Counted from the stretch's first letter, positions 1 to 14,532 are shown. The stretch: 64,000 nt of DNA from Lama glama (GCA_028534125.1 CM052816.1:60638001-60702000), one strand, 5' to 3'. Notes: generated by a model not told the origin, from the sequence alone. Numbers and translations are program-made.

Positions 1-3000
1 CTAGAATCCATGAAAGACATGGAAAAATAATCCACATTTGCTGAATGACTGAATGATTCACTGAATACAAGATGGCATTTACTGATGCCACTATCATAGA
101 AAAAGCCATCAAAATTCAAGTTATGACTTATAAGGTATACATAAAACTACATTGACTTGCAATAGACTCTTTAAAGGAAAACAAAGGGTTGTTCTGGTCA
201 CTATTTGGCCTAGAAATATTTTAAACCTGGGTATGAAGGCCACCTTACATCTGAAAAGCACTTTATTAGCATTTGTTTGCACAGTGTCTGCTGAAGCTAC
301 AGCATCCTGACGAGGTGGGTCCTGGGTGGCAACGCGGTGCGTCAGAGAGAACATCAGAAATCAAATGACTCCATGACTCCAGTGCAAGTTCTAGCCTGGC
401 TACCTCCAGCTACCAGACAGTAACTGCTTTCCCACCTACCTTACAGGCTGCTGTGAGGATAAAATTTCTCATTTGTTGCTGCTCCCAGACCCCAAGCCAG
501 AGCATACTGTCTGGCACCTAAGGGGCATGCAAATATCACAGAATCAGTGGTCCAGCAAAGTCACAGTGTCTGGCCTCAGAGACCAGGCCTTTCCCCACCA
601 CGCCCTGTGGACTCACAATACTTCTTTACAAAAGCCCACTTTTCTACAAATTCAGTCTAAAACTATCAGTTACTGGTTCTCTTCTCTGTACAGTGCTTTC
701 TGGAAAGACTACATACCAGTTGTTGCCTTGACAATTCCACTTGCCTAAGTTTAATTTGATATTGATTTAAAAGGAAAGCAGGAGGAAAAAAAAAACCCTT
801 AACCATTCTACAATTAACAGTTAAGCTTACATACAACTTGGTTAGCAACAAGCCAGTCTCTGTGACACTTTGTTTTCTCTAGAATAGACCTGACTGTCTT
901 TTCAGTCTAGGCAAGTCAACCTAAGATGTTTACCTGGAGCATCAAGGGCTCGTTCACAATTAAGCGTCAAAACCAATACTTAACCTATGTATTTTCATGC
1001 TGCAAACAAAAAAGTGGAATTGTGTAGCCTGTGTCCATCTCTTCCTATTCCTTGACCTCTTTATACATTATACACATTCCAATTACTGCTTCTCTTCAGA
1101 GGTGAGCAGCTGGTTCTGCAGCAGCAGCACCTTGCCCTGGAAAACACAAACTGATGATCCAAAGTTTACAAGTATCCATAAAATAAATGTTTATATGCAG
1201 ACGCTAAATTTGTATCCAGTCCATTCTTCGGCCAGTTCAACATACACATATTCCTCCAATTAGAAGCACTATAGAGGATTTTAAGGAAGTTATGTTTCAC
1301 CTTTTTACCTCCCTCCTTTATTTTCAGTTTCCCCATCTCCTGCATGGGTGGGTTCCATTTCTTAACTGTTTCTATGGTTTATCACACTGGAATAGAACTA
1401 AAGACCCCACGTAACTATCAGTAACCAAGGCACACTTTTCGCCATCTTCATGGTTAACAAGGAAAATGACAGGCAGCAAAGGAGGAAGAGCCAGCACATA
1501 GACATAAACAGAACTCAGACGGAATGGAAATTAAACTTCCCTTGCCGACAGGACGCACACACCCATCTTTCACTTAGGACTATGCCCTTACGAGAGAGAA
1601 ATCTGATTAACTGGAAATGTATACAGGGAATTGCATTACAGATGCCGATTTCACTTTGTTTTAAAATGCTGAAGAAAACTATTGCTACTGAATTGCAGGG
1701 GTGGGGTGGGGAGGATAGAGTACCAGCACATTAATACAGAATATGCAATTCCTTCTCCAAGCAATATAAGGGCAGCATTATTTTATGAGGATACAATTGG
1801 GATTTTAAAGGGTCTCTGGGTGTTGTCCAACTGTGATCGGGTTGCAGACTGCTCATCTATTAGAAGCTCTGAAGATATTCTCCTTGGTGATAAGACAGTG
1901 CCCCCTGGTTAAAACAATGATAATTTTTATCTATGCTTGTCACTGAGTAAATTGGATAGGCTGTTGATTTAGACTGGACATCGAAATACCCAAACAGCAA
2001 TGAATGGTGAATAAGTTCAGTCATTAACAGAAGGCAAAGACAGATCGGTTTTATGTAGCTGGTCAGCCATTGGTCTAGAAAACAGGAATAATTTATAAAA
2101 ACCTCCAGAAAGACTATTTTTCTTGTAAGTTTCTTACCCTCACTGAATCTTCTCAGAAATATGGTGAACAACATTTACTCTCCAACCGCAAAAAATAAGT
2201 AAATATATGAAGGAAAGAGATATTGGATACTACTGGGCAAAGTAAGATATATGGGCTCTCAAAACTCCATTTTCCTTGGGAGAAATGAAACCGATATACC
2301 CAGTGTTTGAACGGACCTGTATTACATATCCAAGAATTACGTCTCACAGGTATAAAACGGCATTTGGCCTTTCCAAGGTACTGGAGAAGGAAAAGATTTC
2401 ATGGAGTAATTTATAAAATCTACGTGAGCCTCACACTTCAGTGTACTTTAAAACTGGGAGGTATTCTTTTTTTCATCAAGACAAGTCACAGAAGCAAAAA
2501 GATGCACTTGCAATGCAAAAAGCATCCTTTCAGCCAATAAAGCAAGCTCTCTTAGACTGGTCTCTCCATTCCGTGGAAAAACCCAGTGAACCTCATCAAG
2601 TGAGGTTATCAGAGTTTCTTTAATCGAATCTGGAGTCCCGCCCACACTGTCCTCTCATCAATATTCCTCTCTGCTTCCTCTCCCCCAATTACAACAGACC
2701 AGATAACCCTGTGACTGATGGGAGATATGCACAAGCTTATTTTCCACTGTTCAACAGAGCTAACGTACCCAGGGAAGCTATTTCAATTACTGAATAAATG
2801 GAGAAGGGTTAAATGTGGAATTTAATGGAACAGGATTTAACAACGTTCCCAGCCCTCATCAGCAAGCAAACAGGCAATTTCTAAGGAAAATATGCTCAAG
2901 AAGATAAATCTTACCAAAGATAATGGAGAGACCCAGCAATCACATTTCAAGGTTATTTAAAAACAACAACAGAAAAAAAAAAAAACCTGAGCAGTATTTG

Positions 3001-4087
3001 ATATGCAGTGGCCTATTAAGACAAGCACCAAGCAGAAAGCAGTAAGTTCTCTATCCTCACCACCCCTCTGCAGAGTTTCCACCTCCATGCCTGCAGCCCA
3101 CGGGTGGCCCCCTCCATCAAGCCTGCCTTTCCTGCCTCTTCTGCTATGTCACATGGACCACTTTCTTTACAACCAGGTTCTTGGTTCACGTCCCATCCCA
3201 ACTTCCATAAACCACTATTGAGCTTTAAAGCCATCAAATCTCTAAAGGCTTTCATTTTCAACAAATATTTTCCAAGTTTGAAAAAAAAAAAAGACATTGT
3301 GAATGGTTTGGGGGTGTCTTTTGTTTGTTTTTAAACTCACAGTGAAAAGCTCTGAATCCTGCCCCTTATTTACAACCACACGTCAAGGCACAACCATACT
3401 TCAGCTGGGTTGGCCTGCTTATTAGTGAGCCCACTTTCACAGCACAAAAGGTAACACATGGGCACTTCCCACTGCATTTGGACACATGAGTAAGTGTAGA
3501 ATCAACACAAAGTGATGCGTCTTGTCTCCCCAGCCAGGGTGTAAACTCCTGGAGAGGGAAACATCCAGAGTGCTTTCTTCACGTTCCCTCCGAGCACCTG
3601 GGTCTCAGTATTTGCTGTAGGCTGGGCTGGATGTGCCAAGACCGGTTTCCTGAAGAAGAAACTTGGGACAAAAGGTTGCCTCACCAGCAGAATAGTCTTT
3701 GGTAAAATTCGCTCTTAGAACTGAAATCTCTGAACATCCAGATTAATGTTCCTTCCATTAAGGTCCAATATCTAACATGGATGCGTTGCCTTTTTTTTTT
3801 TTTTAAACCTGGGTTCTGGTTCCAGCCCCACCATCACCCAGCGATGTAACTTAAGGAAATCACTTTTACATCTCTCCTTCAGCTACAAAAGGCTTAATTA
3901 AGCCTGTTCCTCCAAGAAAGCACCATGATTCTAAATTTAAAACAGTTTCTTTAAAGTGCAGCAATCTTCTAATGGACAGCATTAACACCTTACTACTCAA
4001 GACAGTTCTGAAGCATGTAACACCAAGGTTCTCGACTCCAGCCACAATGCAAAATATCTGAGCTGATTCAAGGGGCTAAAAGCAGTG

Positions 4088-4200
4088 TCTGCCTCACAGT
4101 CTTGCTGTTTGTGGTGAAGGTTAAACCAAGTAATGAATGTAAGACATTTAGCTCAATGCCTGGCATGTAGTAAAGCACTCAATAAATATTAGCTGTTATT
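4088..4200 (+). mobile_element. MIR SINE, 3' part
   Basis: tgcctcacag...gtgaaggttaaa...tgcctggcatgtagtaaagcactcaataaatattagctgttatt resembles the MIR core and tail. Confidence 0.75.
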
Positions 4201-5039
4201 AATAATAAAACAAATATAATTCATACTAGTTGTGTGGCTTTTCACCAAAAATTCACAATTTAAATGTAAATAAGCTGACAGAACTGAGTCTATTTACAAA
4301 TTCCTTAAAATAGGAGGAAAAAAAAGGAATTACAATGTGTTCACTCGGCCACTACACATGTTATCAAGAAGACACACATCCCAGAATTTCCGTATTTAAT
4401 TTTGTGTGATTCTCAGCTGAATCTTGTTTCCTGATAAAAATTAATCTGAGCACAATTCTGAATAAAGCTGTCTACCAATGAAATGAAGTTTTCTTAATTG
4501 GTTCTATTAAAAAGGTGTGTTGATACAGTGATTATTCTTTCCTCTAAACCTCCTTATCACTTTTGCTGCTTAATTTGTACTTAAAAAAGGCTTCAACAAC
4601 AGGTGAACACTGCAGTTTTTCCTATCTAGCCCGTCCATCTGAACCTTTCCCCCATCCCTTCACCTCTTCTCTGAATCAGTAATTGTGAGGCCCCAACTTG
4701 TACAGCATCGTCATTGTCCTCCAGCTCCCTTCCAGCCTCTTCTCTGACTGTGTCATCACCATCTCTGTGTCCCCAGTTCTTTCATGAAGCTCCCAGAGAG
4801 ATTTATCTACTCCACAGCAACTGCAGTCCTTCAGAAGCAAACCACCTCTGCCTGTCTTATAAAAAGTTGAAGGTGTAGGATGTTTGGTGGATACCACTGT
4901 CTTTCTAGATGCCTAATACAGAATTACCCAGTACTCCTATTTGTCAGACACAAAGCTTTAACATCAGTATTTTATTAAACATAATCTGTCCTGACTGTCT
5001 GACTGTCCCACCTAAAGTTCCTTGTTCCTGTTTATCCCA

Positions 5040-5600
5040 ACACACTGTTTCCTTCATAGCAGTCAGCACAGCATTATTTGTTTATTTTAATGCCTCCTTC
5101 ACCAGCCTGGAAGCCCCATGAGGAAAGGGACTTTATTTATCCATTCATCAATGGAGGCCAACTGTCTAGCACAGTGTCTCATAAAACAAAGTACTCAGTA
5201 TATGTGTCGGATACATCAATGAAATCTGAGATACTTCTGTAGTCCAGCACTGTGTCAGGCTCTGTGGGGGAGAAAGGTAATAAGAGACAGTGCTGCATTA
5301 AGGAACTTACAATTGAACAGCAACAATTTTATTCGAGAAACCGGTAATTTTATGGAACTTAACAATTTATTGAGGAAACAGGACACACTAAGTAAAGAAA
5401 AATACACAGGAGGCATGGTACAGATGACAAGCACCCAAGAGGAAAGGAGTCAGTGTTGAAAGAGACGAATGAACAACCATGGCCATCGGAACATCACATG
5501 GATGGAGGAGTAGGCCTCATGCTGGTCTTGGGTGGATGGAGTAAATTAGGGCTGGAGAAGAGTCTAGACGGCATTCCTCAATGAGAGGATGCTGGCAGAG
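5040..5600. mobile_element. L2 remnants (3' end on +, then a fragment on -)
   Basis: gaagccccatgaggaaagggac...tctagcacagtgtc...caatgaa is an L2 3' end; agcactgtgtcaggctctgtggggg...aaggaacttacaat is the reverse-orientation L2 signature. Confidence 0.55.
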
Positions 5601-6024
5601 CTACGCCAAGGAAGGGGATGTGAACAAGCCTGACCTATGCGGAAAAGACACATGCACGACTCACACTGCTGAACAGAGAGCCGGCTGGGCAGCCTGGAAA
5701 CACATTAGGAAGCATCAGAATAGGGAGAGGCCAGCATGCAAGAAGGAAGCCTTTCCAAGGGATGCTGTGGCTGGAAGAAAACCTGCCCAAGTTCAGTGGG
5801 GAGCATCACACTGGCATTGGGAGAGGATTGGCCTAGCAGTTACCACCAGCCAGGTAACAAAAGACTGGAGGCAGGGAAACCAACAAAGATGTAGTAGTTA
5901 CCTGGGTAACAAGAGTGAAAATAGAGAAGTAGCAAATACCCGAGACTGGGCAATTTCCTACAGTCGCCACCTCTGTGTTAGGGGAGAAAAAGCAAAGAGG
6001 GAGAAATTCACATGGTTTCAGTGT

Positions 6025-6409
6025 CAAATATCGTATGATATCACTTACATGTGGAATCTAAAAAAAAAAAGGATACAAATGAACTTGTTGTCAAAATAGA
6101 GATTCACAGACATAGAAAACAAACTTGATTACCAGGGGAAGGGAGGAGGGCGAACAAATTGGGAGTTTGGAATTAGCAGATACAAACTACTATGTGCAGA
6201 ATAGATAAACAACAAGTCCTACTGTATAGCACAAGGATCCATATTCACTGTCTTATAGTAACTTGTAATGAAAAAGAACATGTACATGTATATATATATT
6301 ATATATATATATATACACATATATATGTAACTGAATCCCTATGCTGTACATCAGAAACTAATACAACACTATAAATCAACTATACTTCAATTTTAAAAAG
6401 TTAAAAAAA
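6025..6409 (+). mobile_element. 5'-truncated L1 3' end (artiodactyl type)
   Basis: atgatatcacttacatgtggaatct...acagacatagaaaacaaact...ctgtatagcaca...aaatcaactatacttcaatt, A-rich tail and an internal (TA)n run. Confidence 0.9.
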
Positions 6410-7631
6410 TGAATTAACCATTCTCTGCCTCAGATGAATGTACACTACATGCAGGGAAGGCAAGAACAACATAGTTACTATTAATGACACAGGCTAAGTC
6501 CTTATGTCAACCCATAACACTTCAGATGCACTAAATGAGGTTGATCACAAGAATGAACTGCTGAAAATCTATCATGGATCCAGCACAGCTCTGCCCCTTT
6601 GAACCACCATAGACTAGTTCCTCAGCTGCTCCCTGAAGATGCATGAAACAACAGAGCCACAGGGCCGGCCTCTCCTGGCATCAGGATCCACATTAACAAG
6701 GCAAAGCTCAAAATCACGCTAATACAAATGCTCAAGGTGACACTTTGAGAGAAGTGAACAATGGGAGTACCTGTCTTAAACAGACCAGATAATCTCTTTT
6801 CCTTAAGTAAAAATATAGAAAAGGTAAAAGGTGATGTTATTTCATGCCCAAATCCCAAAACCTTAAATATGTGTGTCCCAAAAAGCTATACATAGTATTA
6901 AGACTCTAAAGACCTATTATGATCCAAAAGAACTGTCAAAAATAGGAAAACTATATTATGATCTCAGCTTGCATTAAAGATTGAGTTCTATTTCTTTAGC
7001 AACATGGATATTTAGGTAAAATAAATGGCTACTGGTGAAGAGTTATCATATTGCTCTTTACACCTCACTCTGAAATAAAGGCAAAATTATCATTGTAACT
7101 GCTCTGTTGATAAATTAGTTATATCATTTTAGTCTTCAGACTCAGGCAATGGAGAGCAAACATTTTGAAACAGGTTCAAGCCATATAAATAACCTAAACT
7201 GAAGGATTTTTTTTCAAGCTTGAAAAGCACTTATATGTATTTGTTATATGGTACTATATCTTTGTCTGTAGTTAAGGAAATAAACACAAAGAAAACTAAA
7301 AGGAATAGGAACAGCTAAGAAAGTCACACTGTCACTGTCATTTCATTGTTCATCAGTACAAGTGTTTATGGAGTACTGGCTGCATTTCTGGCACCTTGAG
7401 AGCGATATGGTACAGTGAACATCTCCTTTATGCAGTTCACGTCCTAGCATGAGCTCTGACCTCAGTGTTTCAGATGGTCCTCTGGGATGGAGAAGACTCC
7501 AATCTGAAGAACCAATTACATTGCATACTGGTATCCAGGTCTTGAAACAAACAATTTAACCTCCCCAGTGCCCTCTAGCTTCCTAACCTGAAAAATAGGA
7601 ATTTTATAGGCACCAGATACAACAATCTAAT

Positions 7632-8140
7632 TACAGTAGGCAACCACTAAAATAGCCCCACCCATTGTCACCTCCTCATAACCATGCCCTTGTGTAATCC
7701 CTCTCCTTAAATGTGGGCTGGACCTAATGAACAGAACATAGACAAAGTTATGGGTATGACTTCCAGCATCAGGTGATGGAAAAGACTATCTTTCGTTTTG
7801 CTCACACTGTGGAGAAGCCCCATGTAGCAAGGAACTGAGGGAGTTCTCTGGCCAATAACCAATGCAGAACTGAGGCCCTCAGTCCAACAGCCACCTGAAA
7901 ATGAATCCTGTCAAGCCCACAAGTGAGCCAGGAAGTAGTTTCTCTCCTAGCTGAGGACTCCAGTGAGACTGCAGGCTTGGCCAACACTTTGAGTGTAGTT
8001 CTATGACAAACCTTGAGGCCAAGGCACCGAGCTAAGCCACACTCAGATTCCTGATCACCAGAAGCTGGGAGATAAGCATTTGTGGTTTTAAGCTGTTAAT
8101 TTTGGAGCCATTTGTTACACAGCAATAGATAATTAATACA
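7632..8140 (+). mobile_element. ERVL-MaLR solo LTR (MLT1F-like)
   Basis: caaggaactgagg...gccctcagtccaacagcc...ttttaagctgttaattttgg...tttgttacacagcaatagataattaataca is a typical MLT1 3' end. Confidence 0.85.
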
Positions 8141-8818
8141 ATAATATAAATGCAATTAATAACAGAGTGCATTACATAAGATTTTTAAAAATTTTATCTC
8201 GGACAGTAATAAACAAGATTTTTTTAAAGTCCTCTTAAGACCTTCCTTGTCTTGAATAAAAGTAATCTATTTTTTATCCACCATCATCTAATACATATGA
8301 AATCTAACTCATCAAAGGTACAAATCACTATTAGTACTATCCCAAATTAGAGGTAAATCAACCATCAAAAGAAGAACTTTGACAAATCTTATGAAGATAC
8401 CAGTGCTACTTAAGATACATGGGGCCAAAACATAAAGGGAGAGTAAGAATGAACACTGATACCAGACAAAAGTCTTCAGAGGGAAAAATAATTCAGCATT
8501 AAAAAATATACTGAATGATAAAGGAGCAACCTACTAGGAAAGAACCCTTCACCTATGGCTCCCTGACACTGTCTCACAACACGTAGAGCAAAAATTCAGA
8601 CTTCATTTTTTACCACTACATCTTTCCTAAATAACAGTTATTACATTGTATGAGACATCCTTTAAAAAAGGATTACTGTCTCAAATCTGCTAACAGAATT
8701 TATATCCAAGGCTACTTCCACAAGAAATATGATTTAAGCATTTCAAAAGATTGTATTAAATGCAATTAATATAATACAGATACATTGTTTCAATACTCAG
8801 CATGGTCAGGAGGCACCG

Positions 8819-9679
8819 TGTGTGATACACTGAATCACTGGCCCTAATCCATCACCTTCCGCTTAGCCACACCCTTTGCCACCTGTCTTTGCAGCTCCTC
8901 CCTCTAGAGGCAAAGTGTGTTCCCCATCCATTTACTTTGAGCCCTGTCACGAGACTTGCTTTGGCCAACAGGATGTGAACACACATGACAGCATGGCAGT
9001 TTCGAGCCTAGGCTTTCTTGCGCACCGTGTATCTGGGTTAATCCAGGGATGCACTGTAGCCAGCATGTACCAGCTCAGGAAAACCACGTGTGAAATTTTC
9101 AGCAATTTACCGGTCAGCTGGTAAACATAACATACCCATTAATAACAATTAAATTACATAAATTTAAAAGTAAATTATATTTTTAAAAGGCTCTCAAAAT
9201 TCCTAATTTCCTAATTATTTTACTACCTTTTACTACTGCATGTGCTTTTCAGGTTGTCTACTGCAACTGTATGATAAAAAATACTCTATGATGGTGTTGC
9301 TGTGCTGGTGACGTCATATGGGTGGCTTGAAATCAGCCCTAAGAGCATATACACCAAAATGGGCAAACGTTAAAAGTAGGGCTTGTCTTTTTCAGAGAGC
9401 TGGGTAGGTTTCTATCACCATGAGAGTAGTTAGTCTCTACCTTGCCAGCCTGCTCCAAAAGGAACACATAGGCAGCACACTTGAGCCCAGCCCACAGGGC
9501 GGGGACAGGTCCAGCCAGACCACAGCTACAAGCAGAGCCAAAGCCAAGACCAGCACAGATCAGCCAATACCACAGACAAGCAGGAGAAGCCTGAGTCTGA
9601 GAACAGATGTGGATTGAATAAGCTGGTTTAGGAGAGAGTGAGGTACTCAGCATTTCTGTGGGAATGGCCAGCTGAAACA
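8819..9679 (+). mobile_element. MaLR LTR (MLT1J-like), split by a DNA transposon
   Basis: 5' part ends gacttgctttggccaacaggatgtg...ttcgagcctagg. The 3' part (from ~9406) has caccatgag...gagcccagcccacag...cagatcagcc...gggaatggccagctgaaaca. Confidence 0.65.
9043..9405 (+). mobile_element. hAT-Blackjack non-autonomous element (MER63B-like)
   Basis: ttcctaattattttactac, gtgacgtca...gcttgaaatcagcc and tttttcagagagctgg match the recalled MER63 consensus in collinear order. Confidence 0.75.
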
Positions 9680-12600
9680 CATGGTCAAGGAGAGTTTGGT
9701 CAGTTAGTCGAACTAAAGAGGTGAGACTAGCATTTAAGAAAGGAAGTCAACTGGCCTATGCTCTGAGAGTAGGAAGTTGAAGGGCAACCACTGAGAGACT
9801 GAAAGAACGCCATGCTCCAAACAGCAGAGTGGACAGCCGTGCTGAAGCCTCACTGCGATGGTGAAGGAGGCTGGCCTATGGAGGGGATTTGGCAAGAACT
9901 GACCAAGCCCTCCTTCCCACACACCAGGCATCATACGCAGGGTCAGCAGTGAAAAGGAGAGGCAGTCAACGTGCTTCCAGGCTGGCGGGAGAAACAGGTA
10001 AGGATGGGGGCCATTATGATCCAGGTGCTGAGAGGCAGGTAAGAGGACCATGGCAGGGTGTTATGGAACCACAGAGCAGAAGCCCCTGGGCCAGGTCATA
10101 GCATTGGGGAAGACTTCCCCAGGGAGGTGACCTGGGAGCTAAGAATACTCCTACAGTTCACTTAGAGATAACTAAAGGATAGGTGATGAAGACGGCTGCT
10201 GGAATTAAAAGATTCTACAAGGAAAGGGGGCAGGATTTGACAAGTGATTAGATGAAATATGCAGCACGGCTGGCCTTGGAACACCAGCTGGGTGAGGGCA
10301 GAGCCCATTTCTGCTCCCCCTGTATCAGACAGGGACTGCTCATATTCCTCTACACAACCCCATGGACAAGCGCAGTCTGGCCCAACGTTTGTGCTCAGAC
10401 ACTGACTATTGCAATTGTTCTCACCTCTCATTTGATGCTTTATCCATTTACCTGCCAGACAACTCTCAAACATGTCCCAGAAACAAAATACAACAGCTCA
10501 ATTTCAGTCAGCATTTCTTAACAGCATTTATGCTCAAGAACTGTCTATAAGTGGTACCACATCCAAGTGGATTAATTCAGTGTTTGGACCAGAGCTTCCA
10601 GGAACATGGCATCACAAAAGCAGGAATGCCCTGTGCTCCTGACAAGGAAGAGAACACACACATGTGGAAACCACCACATTCTTTATACATTTTTTCAATC
10701 CAAAATATACACATCTATTACTTTTATAAAGATATGTCCAAACTACCCAGCTAAAACAAGCCATTTCCAGTAGAAAAATAAAATGTCAAGGTACCCTGAA
10801 ATTTAATCTTTTAATCTGAACAGTCCCAATTCATACTGGATGATCATGATTACACACCAGCAAGTCTTACTTTAATAAGAGTTTTGTTTTCAAGAATTAA
10901 TTCTCTAAGCACGACTATCGCACGAATAATGTAAAAACTAACTTCATTCTAGCCACACTGGTAAATCAAGCATACTAAAAGTCATCCCATTAGGTGACAA
11001 TTCAAATACTGAAACACAGAAGGAAAACAAAATATTTGACAAGGCTTTCATTTAGAAATATCTCAGGATACAGTTCAATTGACCAATCTCTTCTTCTGAG
11101 ATTGTTAACTTGAAATAAAATATTAAAACTAATAAGGCCATTTTCCTCAGAGACCTGAATTTAAAAAAACTCAGGAGGATACCACGGACAGGACAGAGTC
11201 TTAACTGAAGAAAAAAAAAAGTAAGTTAAATCACCAATCCATTATTGTCTTTCTCTGTCACCATTTAAATACACACCTAAGGCATTTCCGGTATAAAAAC
11301 AAAATGTAAACTGTGGAAGATACAGAACAGTCACCCTGTTTTATTTTCCTGCTTCTGCTGGACTTTACTCTTGAGCATCCTGTACATTTGATTCCTTTTT
11401 CACCAAGTATTTTTTTCTGCTCAGCCCAATCTCTCTGCCATGCCAAGTTAAACTTTCCCAAATCTTCGCGTTCTAATCATAGCACAGCAAACTCTGGTAA
11501 AAATAACTAAGTAAAGCTTTCTTCAAATGACTAAGATCTGTAACAAAAAGCAGCTTCAGAATTAAGATTTTAAAAAATATTATGGTCAAAGTCACCACGT
11601 TGCCACAAAAGTCTGAAACAGCATGTCAACACTAAGTGCAATTCACATACACACACACAGGCTACATTAACCACTCAAACAAACTTAAGAATTTCCCTCA
11701 AACTGATAAACGCACAATATGTAAGTGACTTACCAGGCATAATTACAGTGCAGATTATTAGAATTAGGTCCAATTCCTGCCTTGATCCCTTTATTTCCAA
11801 AGTTCAACTCAGTAACTCAGTCTTTACCCCCTTTGTGTTTAAGGCAGCAAAGATAGAGGCCTGAAAACTGAATGGTCCAGTCAGTTCTCAAGAAGCAGTT
11901 ATGGTCCTCCAGTGGCAAGAGACACAGGAGTTACCCTGTGCAAGTACATAATGGGCCTTCACTCCCCGCGCCACACTGAGGGAGCCAGTAACCCGTCACC
12001 TTATACAAAGGAATTTTATTTGGTCATGGACACACTGTCTTCCACCAAACTACAAACCGCCTGAGCCAGAGTTAGATTATTTAGGACAGTTTAGCTTCTC
12101 TTTTTTTCCTTTTAGTGAAACAATGCAAATAATTCTAGGTAATTTTCTTAAGAATTGGTTGATCTATGCAAAACATTAGGTAACTTCCAACCTTCCAACA
12201 CTTAGCTTCTGCTCCTATTGATTTTTTTTTTATTCAATATCTAACTCCTTTGGGGGAAAAAAGTCTGTTACATATTTTGAAACTAATTATTTAGATGTTA
12301 GACTCAAGGATAGCAGGGCAGCCACTCGGGAGTGGGAGGAGAGGGTGACTCAGAGGTCTGAATAACTAGTTTTGGAGAGGGCTCTTCCAGCTCATCATTT
12401 CTTTGAAGACCTAACAGATTTGTTACGGAGGTACAAAATATTTAAGTGATGGCCCAGTCATTGACTCTGGAGCCAAATCTTTGAAAACCACCAAGTTTTT
12501 CAGGAGAGAATGGGGACACGGGTTATGAACAGACAGCTTACTTGGCCAGGGATTTAGTATATGAAGGCCATTTAGACGTTTGTTTAGGAAGCACTGACAT

Positions 12601-14532
12601 TCATAATCCCCAGTCTCTGTCCTGCAATGGCAGTGACGTGCCCTGGAAAAATCAATCAATGTTCTATGACATTTGGAGGCAGAGGGCAAATCTCCAAGTT
12701 TGAAATTAACAGGAATGACTTAGACAAATAGCTAAGTTGGACACCTTATTTAAAGGCCATTTTAAGGTCATTTAAATTTTCAATCACATTGATAAGCTTC
12801 TGGAAGTTACAGGCATTAAGCCTAGGCATTACAAAGAAACATGACGTCAGTCTTGAGTCTGACACTGGCTTCTGTTGGCTAGGGAGGCTGCCTGGGGCCA
12901 GAGCATTCTTGAGTTACTTGGCCTGTTCTTTGGTCATGATAAATGGTTTCATAAAGTCTTCATGGCACATCTGACGTCATCCACTGAGGCTGAGGAATAA
13001 GTGAAACATGACTTAGAATTAAATGGAAAAGAAATGGTGTAATGATTTTCTAACACTTGGTGTTAAAACAGATTAATAAAGAAATTAATAATATTTCTAT
13101 GAACATAAATAATCACTGTGGTATTCTTCCCCAAAATAATACTAGCTTTCTGGAAAAAAATTGTTTTAAATATATACTTTATCACCATGTTTTTGCTATT
13201 CCCACACAAGCTAAAGTGACAAGTTAAGTAGTAATAGAATGTTACTTTTTAAAGGTAGCATTTGAAAAGAATTTTTAGCACTTAGAGAAGCTCAAGGCTG
13301 CAGCAATAAGTAAAGGATTAAAATCAGAGTCTATAATTGAGATTTAAAATACATGTTGCTGTCACAATTCAATTTCTGATATCTGCCTATAATCAGTGGC
13401 ATCCCTTAGAAATTTTGGGCTCGAAAACAGTCAAAATGATCTATCACAAAACATTTTTTTAAGTATATGCTTTATCAATGATTAACAACCAGGAAGTTCT
13501 CTCTATATATCTGACTGAATGGCAAAAAGAAAGGTTGATAACATTTACCCCCTTCATGTGGTCGAGGACATGAATATGAAACAATGGGGGAAGGGGAGGC
13601 GGGAGCGAGATGTATTAAAAAAAAAAAAGGCACATGTCTCAATGTTAGCAAATGCCTTATAATTTCCTATACTATCAATCTCAATTCCGTAACATTTTAA
13701 CCTGTTATAATAAAATCAGAGCATTAGCATTGTATGAAACAAAAGACACAACTATCTTAAGTCTTACATGAATCAAGAAAACATTTCCTGGCAAAATGTT
13801 TTAAAACCAAAAGATGGGCAAAAAATTGAAATCTGGGAAGAATGTCCAGTCAGGAGAAGGAGGAAAGGGAAAGTAGAGTGGGATGGACTGGAATCTGAAG
13901 GACAAAATGGTTAACATATGGGAAGTTAAAATTCAAAGTAAAATTGCAAACGCTGCCAGAGAATGCCAAGCGGTTCAAAATGGTTTATTATTATAAAAGC
14001 ACATAACTTCAGACCTAATTTACCTTTCTTCTTGTTTTAATAATAAAGGGGCAGCTAAGCAAACACTGCAAGAGTGCTTTGAAGACATTCAGCTATTTGG
14101 GAGGAAAAAAACTATATCCAAGTCTCTACACATAGACAGTAAGTTACTTAAAGCATAAAATCACCTTCTCTAACCATGTGGCACTGGCTGGGAATGAGGG
14201 ACATATGCAGTTGAAAATCATAAAACTGAAATAAATGTTCTATTCTTTCACTCCAGACCGCCCAACATCACTACCAGCTCCCAGAAGACCCAGCTCAGTT
14301 ACTAGATTATTACAACAGCATTAGCCTGGACATGGTCTTCACTGGTCATTTTGAGAAACTAGATGGCGTAACTTTTTCTCTTCTATTCTCACAGTCTTAA
14401 AGAACAAAATTTAGGATGCCACAGTTCAGATAATGGTCTCTAAAGTCAGTGTGCCTATAAAAGCGATGGACAAGAAGTAACAAACTAGGTCTGATTTCAG
14501 TTTTCTGATGACTCAGAAAAGTGATGTGAAGT

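Noticed and set aside
3890..3905. Perfect 16-bp palindrome aggcttaattaagcct
   Set aside because: About one such palindrome is expected by chance in 64 kb, and it lies in a MIR-like remnant.
5581..6099. 172-aa plus-strand ORF
   Set aside because: Runs through L2-like sequence into an L1 3' end; no protein similarity or exon signals.
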